Below the pieces are notes generated by a model, which searched no databases, had not been told where the DNA came from, and saw only the letters and a list, made by a program, of their open reading frames with translations. The translations under genes were made by a program, and so were the position numbers. From Bifidobacteriaceae bacterium (GTDB lineage Bacteria > Bacillota > Clostridia > Oscillospirales > Acutalibacteraceae), in the NCBI GenBank assembly GCA_963642245.1, contig CAVIFY010000002.1:15345-79344 (forward strand): DNA of 64,000 nt, given 5' to 3'. This document shows, piece after piece, positions 47,346-55,638 of the stretch (position 1 is its first letter; each line of letters opens with the position of its first letter).

Positions 47346-48932
47346 TTAGAATTGGCCGTAAATAGGCGCTACCGTCTCATACCCGGTGCCGTAGGCGCCA
47401 AAGACGATCACGCCGATGATCAGCGCCAGGAACACCGCGTACCGCAGCACCACCGGGCGGCGGGCCAGCTCCGTGCGCATGGTGTGGCCTTTCTCTTGCA
47501 GCACCTCCACAATGCCTACCACCAGCACGCCGATACCCATAATCAGGAAGTCCTGCCAGTCATTGCCCAGGGACAGCACCGTGCCGTCCGTCAGGCAGGC
47601 GGCGTCAAAATCCGTAAAGATCCGCGCCAGGCTCCGGCCCCACTGGGTAATGGTGTGGCAGCGGAACAACATCATACCCACATTGACGATCAGGAAAGTG
47701 CGCACCATCTGGAACAGGGCAAAGCCCTTGCTCTCCGGCGCAATATGCAGCGCGTGCAGCAGCTTGTCCGACACCGGACGCAGGTACATACCGATCATCA
47801 TTAAGATGTAATAATACAGGCCGTAGAGCACATATTTCCAGCTGGCGCCGTGCCAAATGCCGTTAAAGAACCACACGCAAAACAGCGCAAAGGTCATAGG
47901 CACCAGGTTGGCGAAATAATCGCTCAGCTTTTTTCTGGTGTGCTTGCTCAGGTTCATCAGCCCCTTGGACAGGGACACGGAGAAGAACACATACTCCTTG
48001 ATCCACGCGCCCAGGGTAATGTGCCACCGCTGCCAAAACTCGTTGATGGTTTTGGAGAAGATGGGGCGGCGGAAGTTCTCCTGCATTTCCACCCCAAACA
48101 GCTGGCCGGTGGCGCACACAATGTCCATACAGCCGGAGAATTCGCAGTAGATCTGCACGGTATAAAGCAGGGTGCCCAGCAGCACCATAGACCCGGCCTG
48201 GTCGCCGTTGTCAAACACGCCGGTGACAAACAGGTTGGCCCGGTCTGCAATGACCATCTTCTTGAACATACCCCAAAAAATGCGCATGACCGCTTGGGCG
48301 TCCCGCTCAAAGTCAAAGCTGTGGCCCTCTACCAGCCGGGGCATCATGATCTCATACTTGCCGATGGGCCCCTCCGTCATTTGGGGGAAGAAGCTGAGAA
48401 ACAGCGCCAGCTTGAAGAAGTTGCGCTCCGGCTTATACTTGCCTCTGTACACATCCACCACATAGCTGACGGCGCACAGGGTATAGTAAGAGATACCCAG
48501 GGGCAGCAGGATCGGCACCGGCTGATAGGTGCTCTTGCTGCCAAACAGCCCGGCAATGCCGTAGGCGCTCTCCCCCAGGAAATTTACATATTTTAAGGCT
48601 ATCAATAGCCCAAAGACGCCCAGTACCGCCACGGTGACAACCGCGCGCTTCTTGGCGTCATATTTTTTGCGAATTTGTTTCTTTTCCTCTTTGTCGGCAG
48701 CCGCCTTGCGCCGGGCTTTACTCTGCTCGTTCAGGTGGCCCAGCAGCAGTCCGCCGCCGTACACAATGACGATGGCTGCCACCAGCCACAGGGTGCGCAG
48801 CCCCGCCGCCATCACATAGTAGACGGCGCTGGCACCCAGCAGCACGCACCATTTGGCCCGCTTGGGCACAATGGTATAGATCAGCAGACTGATCCCTACA
48901 AAGAGAAAGTAAGTAAAAGATGTAAACGACAT
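47346..48932 (-). CDS. MBOAT family O-acyltransferase (DltB/AlgI-like)
   Basis: 528 aa and polytopic. Blocks: FWQRWHITLGAW and the conserved His context WNGIWHGASW. Confidence 0.85.
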   Translation of the reverse strand: MSFTSFTYFLFVGISLLIYTIVPKRAKWCVLLGASAVYYVMAAGLRTLWLVAAIVIVYGGGLLLGHLNEQSKARRKAAADKEEKKQIRKKYDAKKRAVVTVAVLGVFGLLIALKYVNFLGESAYGIAGLFGSKSTYQPVPILLPLGISYYTLCAVSYVVDVYRGKYKPERNFFKLALFLSFFPQMTEGPIGKYEIMMPRLVEGHSFDFERDAQAVMRIFWGMFKKMVIADRANLFVTGVFDNGDQAGSMVLLGTLLYTVQIYCEFSGCMDIVCATGQLFGVEMQENFRRPIFSKTINEFWQRWHITLGAWIKEYVFFSVSLSKGLMNLSKHTRKKLSDYFANLVPMTFALFCVWFFNGIWHGASWKYVLYGLYYYILMMIGMYLRPVSDKLLHALHIAPESKGFALFQMVRTFLIVNVGMMLFRCHTITQWGRSLARIFTDFDAACLTDGTVLSLGNDWQDFLIMGIGVLVVGIVEVLQEKGHTMRTELARRPVVLRYAVFLALIIGVIVFGAYGTGYETVAPIYGQF

Positions 48933-48957
48933 AGCTTGCTTACCTTATGTATGATTT

Positions 48958-49185
48958 TTATTCGTCCTGCAATTTCTCGATCATCTGCCACATAGCCTGA
49001 GCGGACTGAAAGTTCTCCGGCACGATCATCAAGGGCGTGATCTCCACATCAAATTCATCGCTGAGCTTTGCCACCAGCGCCATGATCGCCAGGGAGTCAA
49101 ACACCTTGTTGTCGATCAGGTGGGTCTCGGTCTTAAAGTCTACGCCGGGTTTGATTTCTTCCAAGATCTCCAATAATTCTTCCAT
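48958..49185 (-). CDS. Acyl/D-alanyl carrier protein (DltC-like)
   Basis: 75 aa and acidic. FDSLAIM contains the DSL phosphopantetheine-attachment serine. AAGGAG lies 8 nt before the ATG. Confidence 0.75.
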   Translation of the reverse strand: MEELLEILEEIKPGVDFKTETHLIDNKVFDSLAIMALVAKLSDEFDVEITPLMIVPENFQSAQAMWQMIEKLQDE

Positions 49186-49229
49186 TTTCAGTTCTCCTTT
49201 TTCATTATATATAAATTTTTAAATGGACT

Positions 49230-50747
49230 TTAGTTCGCTTTGTTAAAGTATGCGGCAGCCAGCGCCTTGCGGTCGGTCTTGCCGTTTTGGTTATAGGGAA
49301 TGGTCTTGGCCTGAATGACCTTAGCCGGCAGCATATATGCGGGAAGTGCCGCCTGCAATGCCTGCCGCACGGTGTCCTGCTCCGCCTTGGCGCCTACATA
49401 GATCAAGATCAGCTGATCCGCAGCTTGGTCGTACAGGCATACGGACACATCCACCCCCGGCTGGGCCGTGGCTGCGGCCTCGATCTCGCCCAACTCAATA
49501 CGGTAGCCCATGTGCTTGATCTGGAAGTCTCGGCGGGAGAGATAGATCAGCTCGCCCCGCGCATTCCAGCGCACCAGGTCGCCGGTTTTATACACCCGCT
49601 CCGGGTAGTGGCTTTGCAGCGGATTTTGCACAAAGGCAGCCGCCGTCTTGTCCGGGTCGTTATAGTAGCCCATGGCCAGGAACGAACCCCGGGCGTACAG
49701 TTCGCCCTCCTCGCCGATCCCGGCCAGGCGCCCGTCCTCGGTAACCACAAAGCTGTCACAGTTGTCGCAGGCAATGCCGATGGGCACGCTCTCCGTGTCT
49801 TGGATCTCCCGATCCACAATGTAGTAGGTGCAAATATCCGTGGTCTCCGTAGGGCCAAACAGGTTGGCAAACAGGGCGTTCGGGTACTTGCTGCGCCAGT
49901 AATTCAGCTGCTTGGCCGGCATGACCTCACCGGCAAACAACACCTTTTCGATATGCTCCGCCATCATAAAGTCCAGCACCTTTAGATTGGCCACAATGGA
50001 CAGGGCGGAGGGCACCCAGTAAATGGTGTTCACCTGCCGCTCATTCAGGTAGCGGATCAGCAGCGCCGGGAAAGAGAAATACGACTTGGGGATCACATGC
50101 AGCTGGGCCCCGGTGCGAATGGTGGCGTAAATATCCGTCACCGACATACTGAAATAAAAGGGCGTTTGATTGCCAAAGATGGTCTTTTCGCTGATACCAA
50201 AGGTATCGGCCGCCCAGGCGGAATAGGCCAGCACGCTGCGGTGGTTCACCACCACGCCCTTGGGGTTGCCGGTGGAGCCGGATGTGAAGATGGCGTAGGC
50301 CGGGTCCGTGTCGATCATACGGCGGCGCACGGCCTGTAAAAGTTCCGGCTGCGCCTGACCGGCAGCCAGCGCTTCTGCGCTGTACACCTTGCCGTCATAG
50401 TCCAGTCCCGCCGGGTCGTCCTTGTGGGTCTCGTCACAGATCAGCGCCGTGGGCTGCAAGGTGCGCAAAATTTTATTTACCCGCTCGGCGGGCATTTCCG
50501 GGTCCAGCACCACATAGAAGTTGCCGCTGTACAGCACCCCCATCAGGGTCACCAAACAGGGTGCGCCCCGCTCCATCAGCACGGCCACCGGGCAGTTCCG
50601 GTCTCCATTGGCAGCCAACGCGCTGCCTACGGATCCGGCGGTGTTCACCACCGTTTGGTAGTCGTAGCTGCACTGATGATCCGCAAAGGCGGTCTGCTTT
50701 GGCAGGCGCGCTGCGGTGCTTTCCAGTAGTTCAAGTACATTTTTCAT
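49230..50747 (-). CDS. Adenylate-forming enzyme (DltA-like carrier-protein ligase)
   Basis: 505 aa. The AMP-binding core is FTSGSTGNPKGV. Other blocks: YGPTE-type FGPTETT, YKTGD and GRRDFQIKHMGYRIELGEIE. Confidence 0.8.
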   Translation of the reverse strand: MKNVLELLESTAARLPKQTAFADHQCSYDYQTVVNTAGSVGSALAANGDRNCPVAVLMERGAPCLVTLMGVLYSGNFYVVLDPEMPAERVNKILRTLQPTALICDETHKDDPAGLDYDGKVYSAEALAAGQAQPELLQAVRRRMIDTDPAYAIFTSGSTGNPKGVVVNHRSVLAYSAWAADTFGISEKTIFGNQTPFYFSMSVTDIYATIRTGAQLHVIPKSYFSFPALLIRYLNERQVNTIYWVPSALSIVANLKVLDFMMAEHIEKVLFAGEVMPAKQLNYWRSKYPNALFANLFGPTETTDICTYYIVDREIQDTESVPIGIACDNCDSFVVTEDGRLAGIGEEGELYARGSFLAMGYYNDPDKTAAAFVQNPLQSHYPERVYKTGDLVRWNARGELIYLSRRDFQIKHMGYRIELGEIEAAATAQPGVDVSVCLYDQAADQLILIYVGAKAEQDTVRQALQAALPAYMLPAKVIQAKTIPYNQNGKTDRKALAAAYFNKAN

Positions 50748-50820
50748 TTCATCACCTACTCAACAAATTATGTTGTCCTTATTAAAGCACACAAACATAA
50801 AAAGAAACATAACAAAATCT

Positions 50821-50851
50821 AAAGAAAAAGGAAAGACGCACTGTCTTTACC
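50821..50851 (-). other. Terminator-like hairpin inside the dlt-like leader (possible attenuator)
   Basis: On the minus strand: GG(T)AAAGAC-agtgc-GTCTTTCC followed by TTTTTCTTT. It lies between the predicted -10 box (50885..50890) and the ATG at 50747. Confidence 0.35.
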
Positions 50852-50884
50852 GTATTATGGTGCGTAGTACAGTTCACTGATACA

Positions 50885-50913
50885 ATCATACACGGTTAAA
50901 CCCGGAAAGTCAA
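50885..50913 (-). promoter_or_regulatory. Promoter TTGACT-17-TATGAT of the dlt-like operon
   Basis: The reverse complement reads TTGACT ttccgggtttaaccgtg TATGAT. This implies a leader of about 130 nt. Confidence 0.6.
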
Positions 50914-50928
50914 TCTATTTTTGTAAAA

Positions 50929-50985
50929 TGACAATATTGTCACAAAAGGTCAAAGTTCGTCACAAAAAGTATCACAATTCGTGAT
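50929..50985. promoter_or_regulatory. Operator-like array: 14-bp perfect palindrome TGACAATATTGTCA, two GTCACAAAArGT direct repeats 20 bp apart, and ATCAC-aattc-GTGAT
   Basis: The palindrome is at 50929..50942. The direct repeats are at 50939..50950 and 50959..50970. The inverted repeat is at 50971..50985. All lie in the divergent region between the dlt-like operon and the XRE gene. Confidence 0.5.
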
Positions 50986-51051
50986 AATTACAAATGTCGT
51001 TCAGCGGATTTTGTACAATAGCTATACTGAGTACCAAGGAGGTAATTTGCC

Positions 51052-51252
51052 GTGCGGCTAAAGGATTTACGAGAGGACCGAGACGAAACGCAGCGGCAAA
51101 TGGCAGCCTTGCTGAATGTGGGCCAAAGTACCTATTCCATGTATGAAAACGGCCAGCGGGAGATCCCCCTGGCAGCCCTTTGCAAACTGGCAGACCACTA
51201 CAATGTGACCCTGGATTACCTGGTAGGCCGCAGCGACGCACCGGGTAAGTGA
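51052..51252 (+). CDS. XRE family helix-turn-helix transcriptional regulator (66 aa)
   Basis: The GTG start follows AGGAGG (9 nt). MRLKDLREDRDETQRQMAALLNVGQSTYSMYENGQREIP is a canonical Cro/C1 HTH. Confidence 0.85.
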   Translation: MRLKDLREDRDETQRQMAALLNVGQSTYSMYENGQREIPLAALCKLADHYNVTLDYLVGRSDAPGK

Positions 51253-51257
51253 TCGTC

Positions 51258-51286
51258 TTTACAAACGCCACATTTTCTTGTATAAT
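51258..51286 (+). promoter_or_regulatory. Promoter TTTACA-17-TATAAT upstream of radC
   Basis: TTTACA is at 51258..51263 and TATAAT at 51281..51286. It is followed by the perfect inverted repeat GAACAC-aagagc-GTGTTC (51295..51312), small hairpins and a T7 run (51336..51341). Confidence 0.55.
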
Positions 51287-51367
51287 ATACAGTGGAACAC
51301 AAGAGCGTGTTCTCCGCAAATGCGGGGGCACGCCCTTTTTTGGATTTTTCAGTCAGGAGGGGTACAA

Positions 51368-52063
51368 ATGGAGATCAGCAGAGACGGGCACCGGGCCCGT
51401 ATGCGCGCCGCTTATCTGCAAGGCGGCGGCGACGCTATGCCGGACCACCAGTTGCTGGAATTGCTGCTGTCCATCAGCATTCCCCGCAAAGATGTAAAGC
51501 CCATTGCCTATGCGCTCATCAACCACTTTGGCTCGCTGGAGCAGGTGTTTGCCGCCGGTGCGGCAGATCTGCAACAGGTGCCGGGCGTGGGCGAACAGAC
51601 CGCCGTGCAAATTCTGCTGGTGCGGGACCTGAACCGGCGGATCCGCGAAAATCAAAACAAACCGGTCAAGCACCTGACCGGCGCCACCCAGTCCTGCGCC
51701 TACTTTGCCAACCTGTTGCGGGACAAGACCACCGAGCAGGTGTACCTGGTCACCCTGGACAGCAGCGCCAAGATCTTGCAGACCCACGCGGTAGGCAGCG
51801 GCAGCGTCAACCTGGCCTCTGTGGACCAGCGCACCTTGATGGAGCACACCCTGCGAGATAACGCCAGCGCCGTTATGCTGGCCCATAATCACCCCGGCGG
51901 CAAGGCCCAACCCTCTGCCCAGGATCTGGAGTTCACCATTCGCCTGCTTTCCATTCTGCGCTCCATTCATGTGCAGCTGCTGGACCATATCATCGTCAGC
52001 CCCACGGACACTTACTCCATGCGCAGCGACCCGGAGTACGGCAGTTTCTTCATTTCCAAGTAA
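51368..52063 (+). CDS. radC: RadC-like JAB/MPN domain protein
   Basis: 231 aa from the ATG after AGGAGG. It has an N-terminal HhH-like region (DHQLLELLL...GSLEQVFAA....L..VPGVG). The intact JAMM motif is HNHPGGKAQPSAQD. Confidence 0.9.
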   Translation: MEISRDGHRARMRAAYLQGGGDAMPDHQLLELLLSISIPRKDVKPIAYALINHFGSLEQVFAAGAADLQQVPGVGEQTAVQILLVRDLNRRIRENQNKPVKHLTGATQSCAYFANLLRDKTTEQVYLVTLDSSAKILQTHAVGSGSVNLASVDQRTLMEHTLRDNASAVMLAHNHPGGKAQPSAQDLEFTIRLLSILRSIHVQLLDHIIVSPTDTYSMRSDPEYGSFFISK

Positions 52064-52083
52064 GCAAATATATAATAGCACAC

Positions 52084-52122
52084 AAAAAGAACCGCAGTTT
52101 GCCGCCGCGGTTCTTTTCTCTT
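52084..52122. terminator. Bidirectional terminator between radC and the DUF5107 gene
   Basis: AGAACCGC...GCGGTTCT with an A-run upstream and TTTCTCTTC downstream. Confidence 0.65.
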
Positions 52123-52135
52123 CATTTATTCTGTT

Positions 52136-54046
52136 TTAGTCGATCTTGCTGTCAGAGACGATAAAGTCAAATTGCGCCGGCACCACGATGTCTCGGTAAT
52201 TCTCGCCATACAGCGCCACGCGAATATCTCTGTACAGGCGATCCAGGAACTTGTCCCCCTCTCGGAAGTCCAGCAGCTTCAACCCGCCGTCCCGGGTCAA
52301 GATCGCCTCTGCCTTTTTGGCGTCCCCAAGACCCAAATACGCCCGAGACAGGTACATTTGCAGCCGGGGCAGGGTGCGGATCCCATCGTTCATCTGCGCA
52401 AAGCAGTCCACAACGCTGTCATACGCCTTGGCGTTCAGCAGCAAAACGGTCAGGCTTTCGCAAAGAGAATAATTGCTGCTGTCCTGCCCAATGGCCCGCT
52501 TGGCAAAATACGGGAACCGGCTGTCCCCCAGCTGGTAGAGAATATGGGCATACAGGTGGTTTTGGTATGCGTTATTATCGTACAAAAAGCTGGTCTCGCA
52601 ATCGCTTTTTGCCCCATCGAACGCCCGCCGGTCATAAAGCAGCAGCGCCTTTTGGTACGGCACCTGCCAGCCGGGCCGATCCATATGCCCATCCAGCAGC
52701 TTTTCCATCTCCGGGCCAAAGGCGAAGGTGATGGGGCCGTCCATTTCCTTGCCCGCCAGCAGCGCCATATATCCCGCCACATCATCGGCCGGCAAGAAGG
52801 TCAAATGCCCGGGCGCCGTATGGGTCAGCGCGCCGTGCAGATAGCCAAAGCCGGAGCCGGCATACACGATCTCGCCCTTTTGCAGGGAGATATTTTGCTC
52901 ATTTTGCACCGCCAGCCGGTCCATCTCCGCCGAGGAATGCAGGGCGTTGATCTGCGCTTGCACCGCCTGCACCAGATCCGGGTAGGGCGCGTCTATATCC
53001 GTATGGGACAGATCCGCCAGGGTGTAGCACTCGCTAAAGCACCAGGCAGTCTTGGGTGGCATGGGAATACACTCGTACTGGGTCTTGCCCAGCCCTGCCT
53101 GGATCTCCACATAATCGCCTGCCCGGTCCGTCAGCATACTTTGCCAGTGGGCCGAGCCTTGCAAATGCCCCCAGGAAAAGAGCTTTCTGCCCTTAAGATT
53201 ATGGCTGGAGAATTGCAGCAGTCCGTACCCGTCCCGGTCCACATTGGCAATGAATGTGTTTTCATCTTCCGCCACACGGTAAAAATAATCAATGGTGGCG
53301 GGAATATTCTGCGGATAGGAAACATCAATTCCCCCGTCTATCGGAATGGCGGACTTCTTTACCCCCAGGCCGTCGCAGTTGTTGTAGGCGCTGTGGGCAT
53401 TGACGATCACCCGCCCGCCGTCATACTCCGGCGTGGCCATATTGGACCACCAGTACATAGGCACCACCGTTTCGTTGGGGTTGTCGATCCGCACCTGGGT
53501 CATCAGCCGCTCCTCTTCCAGCCAAAAGTCCATTTGGTAGTAAACGCTACGCACCCGCTCGAACTCGTAAAAGCGCAGCACCTCCTCGCCGTTCTTGCCC
53601 TGCACCCGGGCGCAGTACATCCGTTGGCAGGTAAAGGGCGAATGGCCGATAATGCCACAGTTCCACTCTACCCCGCCGGAGAACCAGGCGTTGCGAATGG
53701 CAAGATTGCGAAAGCGGATCACATCGTTGGTATAAAGCACATCCCGCTGCCGCTTCTTGTCATACAGCTTCCACAGCCGACCGCCGAAGTCTACCAAAAA
53801 CTCGGCATACAGCCACTCGTTTTCCAGCACGGCAACGCGCACCTCCCGGGGCGTTTCGTCCAGGTAAAGATTTTGCCGGGTGTAGGGATAGGCGGTCTCC
53901 CGGTAGCCGTAGTTTAAGAACAGCCCCTCGTAGTCGCTGATGGTAGAGGCAAAGCTCTTTGCCTCTCTGTCCGCCGATAAGTCGGGCATATTGCCGCTGT
54001 CCGCAAAAGTAGACACACGGTAGGTTTTGGTCACAAATTTCAGCAT
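52136..54046 (-). CDS. DUF5107-type protein (636 aa), cytoplasmic
   Basis: Its N-terminal ~400 aa are paralogous to the 1048-aa protein upstream. Shared blocks are LENEWLY..FGGRLW, SGGVEWN, YWWSNMA and KLFSWG....W...LTD..G.YVEIQAG. The C-terminal part is helical-repeat-like. There is no signal peptide. The family name is from memory. Confidence 0.6.
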   Translation of the reverse strand: MLKFVTKTYRVSTFADSGNMPDLSADREAKSFASTISDYEGLFLNYGYRETAYPYTRQNLYLDETPREVRVAVLENEWLYAEFLVDFGGRLWKLYDKKRQRDVLYTNDVIRFRNLAIRNAWFSGGVEWNCGIIGHSPFTCQRMYCARVQGKNGEEVLRFYEFERVRSVYYQMDFWLEEERLMTQVRIDNPNETVVPMYWWSNMATPEYDGGRVIVNAHSAYNNCDGLGVKKSAIPIDGGIDVSYPQNIPATIDYFYRVAEDENTFIANVDRDGYGLLQFSSHNLKGRKLFSWGHLQGSAHWQSMLTDRAGDYVEIQAGLGKTQYECIPMPPKTAWCFSECYTLADLSHTDIDAPYPDLVQAVQAQINALHSSAEMDRLAVQNEQNISLQKGEIVYAGSGFGYLHGALTHTAPGHLTFLPADDVAGYMALLAGKEMDGPITFAFGPEMEKLLDGHMDRPGWQVPYQKALLLYDRRAFDGAKSDCETSFLYDNNAYQNHLYAHILYQLGDSRFPYFAKRAIGQDSSNYSLCESLTVLLLNAKAYDSVVDCFAQMNDGIRTLPRLQMYLSRAYLGLGDAKKAEAILTRDGGLKLLDFREGDKFLDRLYRDIRVALYGENYRDIVVPAQFDFIVSDSKID

Positions 54047-54048
54047 AA

Positions 54049-55638
54049 TTACAGTTCCTTCAAGATTTCATAAGACGGCTTTGTATTGCCGTACAAGTCC
54101 GTTGAGCCGTGTATTCTCCGGCGCATTCTGCCCTTTCCGTCCTCGCCGCACTGCGTGCGGTAGTCGTTTAGCGAGAACCAAACATAGCCCACAACATTGG
54201 GCAGGGTTTGATAGAGCGCCACTCTGCTTTGTAAGATCTCACTTCTGCGCTGGTCGCCGCCGGAGAAGAACGGCTCGCACAATCCAAACTCACTGATCAC
54301 GCAAGGCATATCGCCGCACTGCTTGTATGTGCCCACAACATCCCGCGTTACATCCTTGCTTTTCAGCCACAGACCCAAATAGTCGTTCCACATGGCAATA
54401 TCCCCGTGGAGCGTGGCGTCGTCCGCCTGCTCAAACCGCCGCTTTTTCATGGGCAGGGTGTTTGAAACATAATTCACCAGCCGGGACGGATCCTTAGACT
54501 TGCAGTACCCATACATAGACGCAACATACTGTATCGCCTGTTTGGTCCTGCCGCCCAGCTCGTTGCCCACGCCCCAGCAAATGATCGAGGGGTGGTGCCC
54601 GTGGTAACGCACCATATCGTCCACCTGCCCCTTGGCCAGCGCCAGCTGTTCCGGGCCGGGCTTTTTCGGATTGCCCCAGTACGGGATCTCCTCCTGTACC
54701 AGCAAGCCGTTCTCGTCGCACCAGTCAAAGAGCGTGCTGTCCTGCTGCCAGTGAAAGCGGGTGAACACGCAACCGGCCGCCTTAAGCAGGGTCAGGTATT
54801 TTTCGCTGATCTCCATAGGCTCTGCCATACCGTAATGAGGGTCGGAGCCGGGCATCCACTCGCAGCCTTTCAGGTAGATCTCTTTGCCGTTTAGCAGCAC
54901 CTTGGCGCCCTGCACCCGGATCGTTCTAAAGCCAATGCGCCGAGACACCGTAGACTGCGCGCCCTCCAGCACCACCGTGTACAGCTGCGGCGTGTGCGTG
55001 TCCCACAGCTTCAAGTCCTCCAGCGCCACGCTGATCCCGCCGTCCATCCATACGGACTTGCAGAAGATCGCCTGCTGCGTTTGGAAGTCAAGGATCTTTA
55101 AGCGCGCGCTTTGCGGCGTGCCGTCGGCCTGCACATACACGGTTGCACGGCAGGTGTCGCCGTGTATGGCCTCTACCTGGTAGGTGACGGCCATATCCGT
55201 AAAGTCGTCCGGATCATAGACCGTCAGCGCAACATCCCGGGTCAGGCCGCCGTCGTCTGCCCAATCGAAATGGTGCAGATAGGGCAGCATTTTTTTGCAC
55301 TTGCGGTTGCTCACTTCCACCTGTATGCGATTTTCACCGGCAGTTATATATGCGGTCACATCCAGCTGAAAGGGCGTGTAGCCGGAGCCGCTGTGGGCGC
55401 CCGCCAAGGCGCCGTTGACCCACACCCGGGCGGTATGGTAGGCGCAGCCAAAGTAAAGAACAAACTTTTGCTCCGCTGCGCATTCCATATGTACCGTGCA
55501 CGCATACAGCGCTTTGCCCCGGTAAAGCTGTACTTTCTCGTCCTCGTCCACATTCCAGGTATGGGGCAATGTGACCTCTTTATCCACTTGCAGGCACGGG
55601 ATCCGGAAGCGCCAGTTTTTCAGTTCAATTCTCTTCAT
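54049..55638 (-). CDS. Glycoside hydrolase family 2 enzyme (529 aa), specificity unknown
   Basis: It has a GH2 sugar-binding domain (VWVNGALAGAHSGSGYTPFQLDVT), an Ig-like domain, and a TIM barrel with WGVGNELG (acid/base Glu) and VISEFG (nucleophile Glu). Confidence 0.8.
   Translation of the reverse strand: MKRIELKNWRFRIPCLQVDKEVTLPHTWNVDEDEKVQLYRGKALYACTVHMECAAEQKFVLYFGCAYHTARVWVNGALAGAHSGSGYTPFQLDVTAYITAGENRIQVEVSNRKCKKMLPYLHHFDWADDGGLTRDVALTVYDPDDFTDMAVTYQVEAIHGDTCRATVYVQADGTPQSARLKILDFQTQQAIFCKSVWMDGGISVALEDLKLWDTHTPQLYTVVLEGAQSTVSRRIGFRTIRVQGAKVLLNGKEIYLKGCEWMPGSDPHYGMAEPMEISEKYLTLLKAAGCVFTRFHWQQDSTLFDWCDENGLLVQEEIPYWGNPKKPGPEQLALAKGQVDDMVRYHGHHPSIICWGVGNELGGRTKQAIQYVASMYGYCKSKDPSRLVNYVSNTLPMKKRRFEQADDATLHGDIAMWNDYLGLWLKSKDVTRDVVGTYKQCGDMPCVISEFGLCEPFFSGGDQRRSEILQSRVALYQTLPNVVGYVWFSLNDYRTQCGEDGKGRMRRRIHGSTDLYGNTKPSYEILKEL

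Noticed and set aside
50760-50810. A 16-codon micro-ORF (MFLFMFVCFNKDNIIC) in the dlt-like leader, considered as a DltX-type small peptide or leader peptide.
   Set aside because: It has no Shine-Dalgarno sequence. It is much shorter than known DltX proteins (~45-50 aa). I cannot distinguish it from chance in AT-rich DNA.
51295-51312. GAACAC-N6-GTGTTC upstream of radC, considered as a second LexA box.
   Set aside because: The GAAC...GTTC spacing is 10 nt, not the 4 nt of the Firmicute SOS box. It is kept only as an unassigned inverted repeat.
50972-51331. A 119-aa minus-strand ORF overlapping the XRE gene.
   Set aside because: It is antisense to a canonical HTH gene, has a Pro/Arg/Gly-rich composition and has no SD.
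50748-52135. The AT-rich region plus XRE/RadC, considered as a prophage or ICE remnant.
   Set aside because: No integrase, recombinase, att-like direct repeats, tRNA or phage genes are in or next to it. The low GC is confined to the intergenic promoter region.
54049-55638. The GH2 gene, considered as a gut-type beta-glucuronidase.
   Set aside because: The C-terminal region where GUS enzymes carry the N-x-K glucuronate-recognition motif instead reads GKGRMRRRIHGSTDLYG. Specificity is left open.
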